Source of the DNA: Marsupella aquatica
Lineage: Eukaryota > Plantae > Marchantiophyta
DNA length: 64,000 nucleotides
Assembly (NCBI GenBank): GCA_973895155.1
Contig: OZ316894.1
Location: 2,186,457-2,250,456, forward strand
Direction of reading: 5' to 3'
How positions within the stretch are numbered: position 1 is the first letter of the stretch; each line of letters begins with the position of its first letter. Positions 62,316-64,000 of the stretch are shown here, one piece after another. The notes below the pieces were generated by a model. The model saw only the letters and a program-made list of their open reading frames with translations, did not search any database and was not told the origin of the DNA. Both the position numbers and the translations under genes were made by a program.

Positions 62316-63002
62316 GGGTTGGAATCCTCCTCTGCGCCGCAATAGATTCTCTATATCTTGGGGCATTGGAGCTCCAAGATCTGTGTTTGTTGAAACCCGC
62401 CACTCTATCTCGGGACTTGAAGCTAGATCTGTGTTTGTGGTGTATTATGCTCTGGATATTATTTGTCTCGAGCTGTACATCCGTTTCGTCTAGATCCTCC
62501 CCTCCTTACTCGTAGATTGTGGTTGTCCTGCGCGCCTCTCCTCCCGGGCATTCAGCAGTGCAAGGTAGTGTAAAGTCCTGCCGCCGGTTCTCCTCTGTTC
62601 GTAATTTGGCAGACTGTTTCTCGACCACTGCAGTTTGGTTTTTGTCTTTGGGAGCAGTGTCTGTTAAGTTTGTTTACTCCGGTTTTCCTCCTTTTGCTTT
62701 CATTGTTACTGACTTGACCTTCTCCATCAACGCTGCTGGACATGTTCCCTCCTTTGACTGGACATGTTCCTTTAATTTTATTACGCGCGACTCCGGAGGA
62801 AGTCCGTTCGTTAATTGATTTCTCCTCCTTAATTTGCGTGCTCCAATAACTTCTAGAGGTTCCCTCAGCAATGGTCCATCGAGCTTACGGTGAGCAGCAA
62901 CCACATATGAAGGCTCTAACAGTTGGTGGTGTGTTGCATGCAGGCGAGATTGAATGCAGGAATGCACTCACGGACTCTCGACGAAATCCATTTAGGAGAG
63001 CC

Positions 63003-63248
63003 ATGGACCTGGTTTCGACGATGGAGGAACTCAATCCCCCAGCCGCTGAGATGGAGCGACAGATGGACCTGGGTTGGACTGGGGAGGAACTCATTCCCGG
63101 ACTCCCTAACTGGATCACCATCACTAAAATTGCACCGAAGTTGCCATCAAGGGACCTGTGCAGACTCGCCTCACTCAATTCCAGCTGGCGACAGGTGATA
63201 AACAGTCCACGGATTTGGTATGAGAAAGTTGGGCGCTCTCGGAGATAG
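63003..63248 (+). pseudogene. F-box-only ORF (81 aa), truncated F-box/kelch-type gene or microprotein
   Basis: EELIPGLPNWITITKIAPKLPSRDLCRLASLNSSWRQVINSP is the LIPGLP-type F-box typical of F-box/kelch proteins. It stops right after the F-box; no kelch repeats are seen downstream in the window. Confidence 0.65.
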
Positions 63249-63575
63249 AGCTCGTGCGCTCAGAGACTCTATAGCTTTACTCATAAAGCATTTTTGAGAC
63301 TGAGCAAGTTTAGTTATTTGATCGATTGTGGGCTTGATGGCACCAGTGTGCAACCATCCTGAACTTGAGAATACTTAGTGTTTTAATACACGAACTCATA
63401 AACCTTTCTCAATCATGATGGTGTACTGGAAAAAGCTTTTCGAATTGCCTAATTGTGACGTACTCAATTGCCCTTTGTAATTAATTGATAAAGAAAAGTA
63501 TTCCAAAGAGTCAATTTCTCAGTACTCTTCTGCACTTCCAATTGAATTTCAGTTTAGTCCCGGAGCTTCTCTCAC

Positions 63576-63783
63576 GGATCTGAATTAAATTTAGTCAATT
63601 ACATGCAAATAACAAGTGGTCACCACCAAATGTGATATATAACTATATTACACCAATAAAGTGATTAGTGGTAGGGATAGGGATCTGAATTAAATTTAGT
63701 CAATTACATGCAAATAACAAGTGGTCACCACCAAACGCAATATATAACTATATTCCACCAATCCCAAGTGATTAGTGGTAGAG
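63576..63783. repeat. 105-bp tandem duplication
   Basis: GGATCTGAATTAAATTTAGTCAATTACATGCAAATAACAAGTGGTCACCACCAAA... at 63576 and 63681. Confidence 0.9.
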
Positions 63784-64000
63784 ATGGACTTACTAATAAA
63801 TATCAGAATGCATATATAACTAATATGCTTAGCAAGAAAGGCCTCCCATTGTATCTGGCTAGATTGTTAGGGTCTGGATGAGTCTGTTTTGAAGCTATTT
63901 TCAAAAGCCAATTATCCTAGCCAAACATTTTGTGGAAAGCATTATGGCCCTGCCTGAGACCATGCAAAGTTCTTTGTTGTGACCTTACTGGTTTTCCCCT

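Overview
Eukaryotic land-plant nuclear DNA, probably a bryophyte or liverwort (inferred from gene style; not provable from the sequence). It has spliceosomal GT-AG genes and no prokaryotic features. Left 35 kb: (i) a 5-exon minus-strand gene (12227->3158, ~529 aa, with a ~6 kb intron) that the ORF track fragments, encoding a type-II membrane GT23/FUT8-NodZ-like fucosyltransferase; (ii) a 6-exon OEP16-4-like PRAT (Tim17/22/23) gene (20635->18284, 141 aa); (iii) a ~15-unit ~149-bp tandem array with a 403-bp higher-order repeat; (iv) an intronless 501-aa plant protein of unknown function (DUF7138-like, 33004-34509). Right 25 kb: a transposon graveyard with a resolvable four-level nest, Copia A (TSD CATCT) > Copia B inside A's 5' LTR (TSD ATATG, TG...GA ends) > CACTA element inside B's 3' LTR > 8-bp-TSD MITE. 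It also holds a MULE-like element, several other MITEs and an F-box-only ORF near the right end. The best leads are the FUT8-like gene and the CACTA cargo, where a 240-aa ORF exactly fills a predicted intron. All gene models were assembled by eye from splice signals and phase compatibility and need RNA-seq confirmation.
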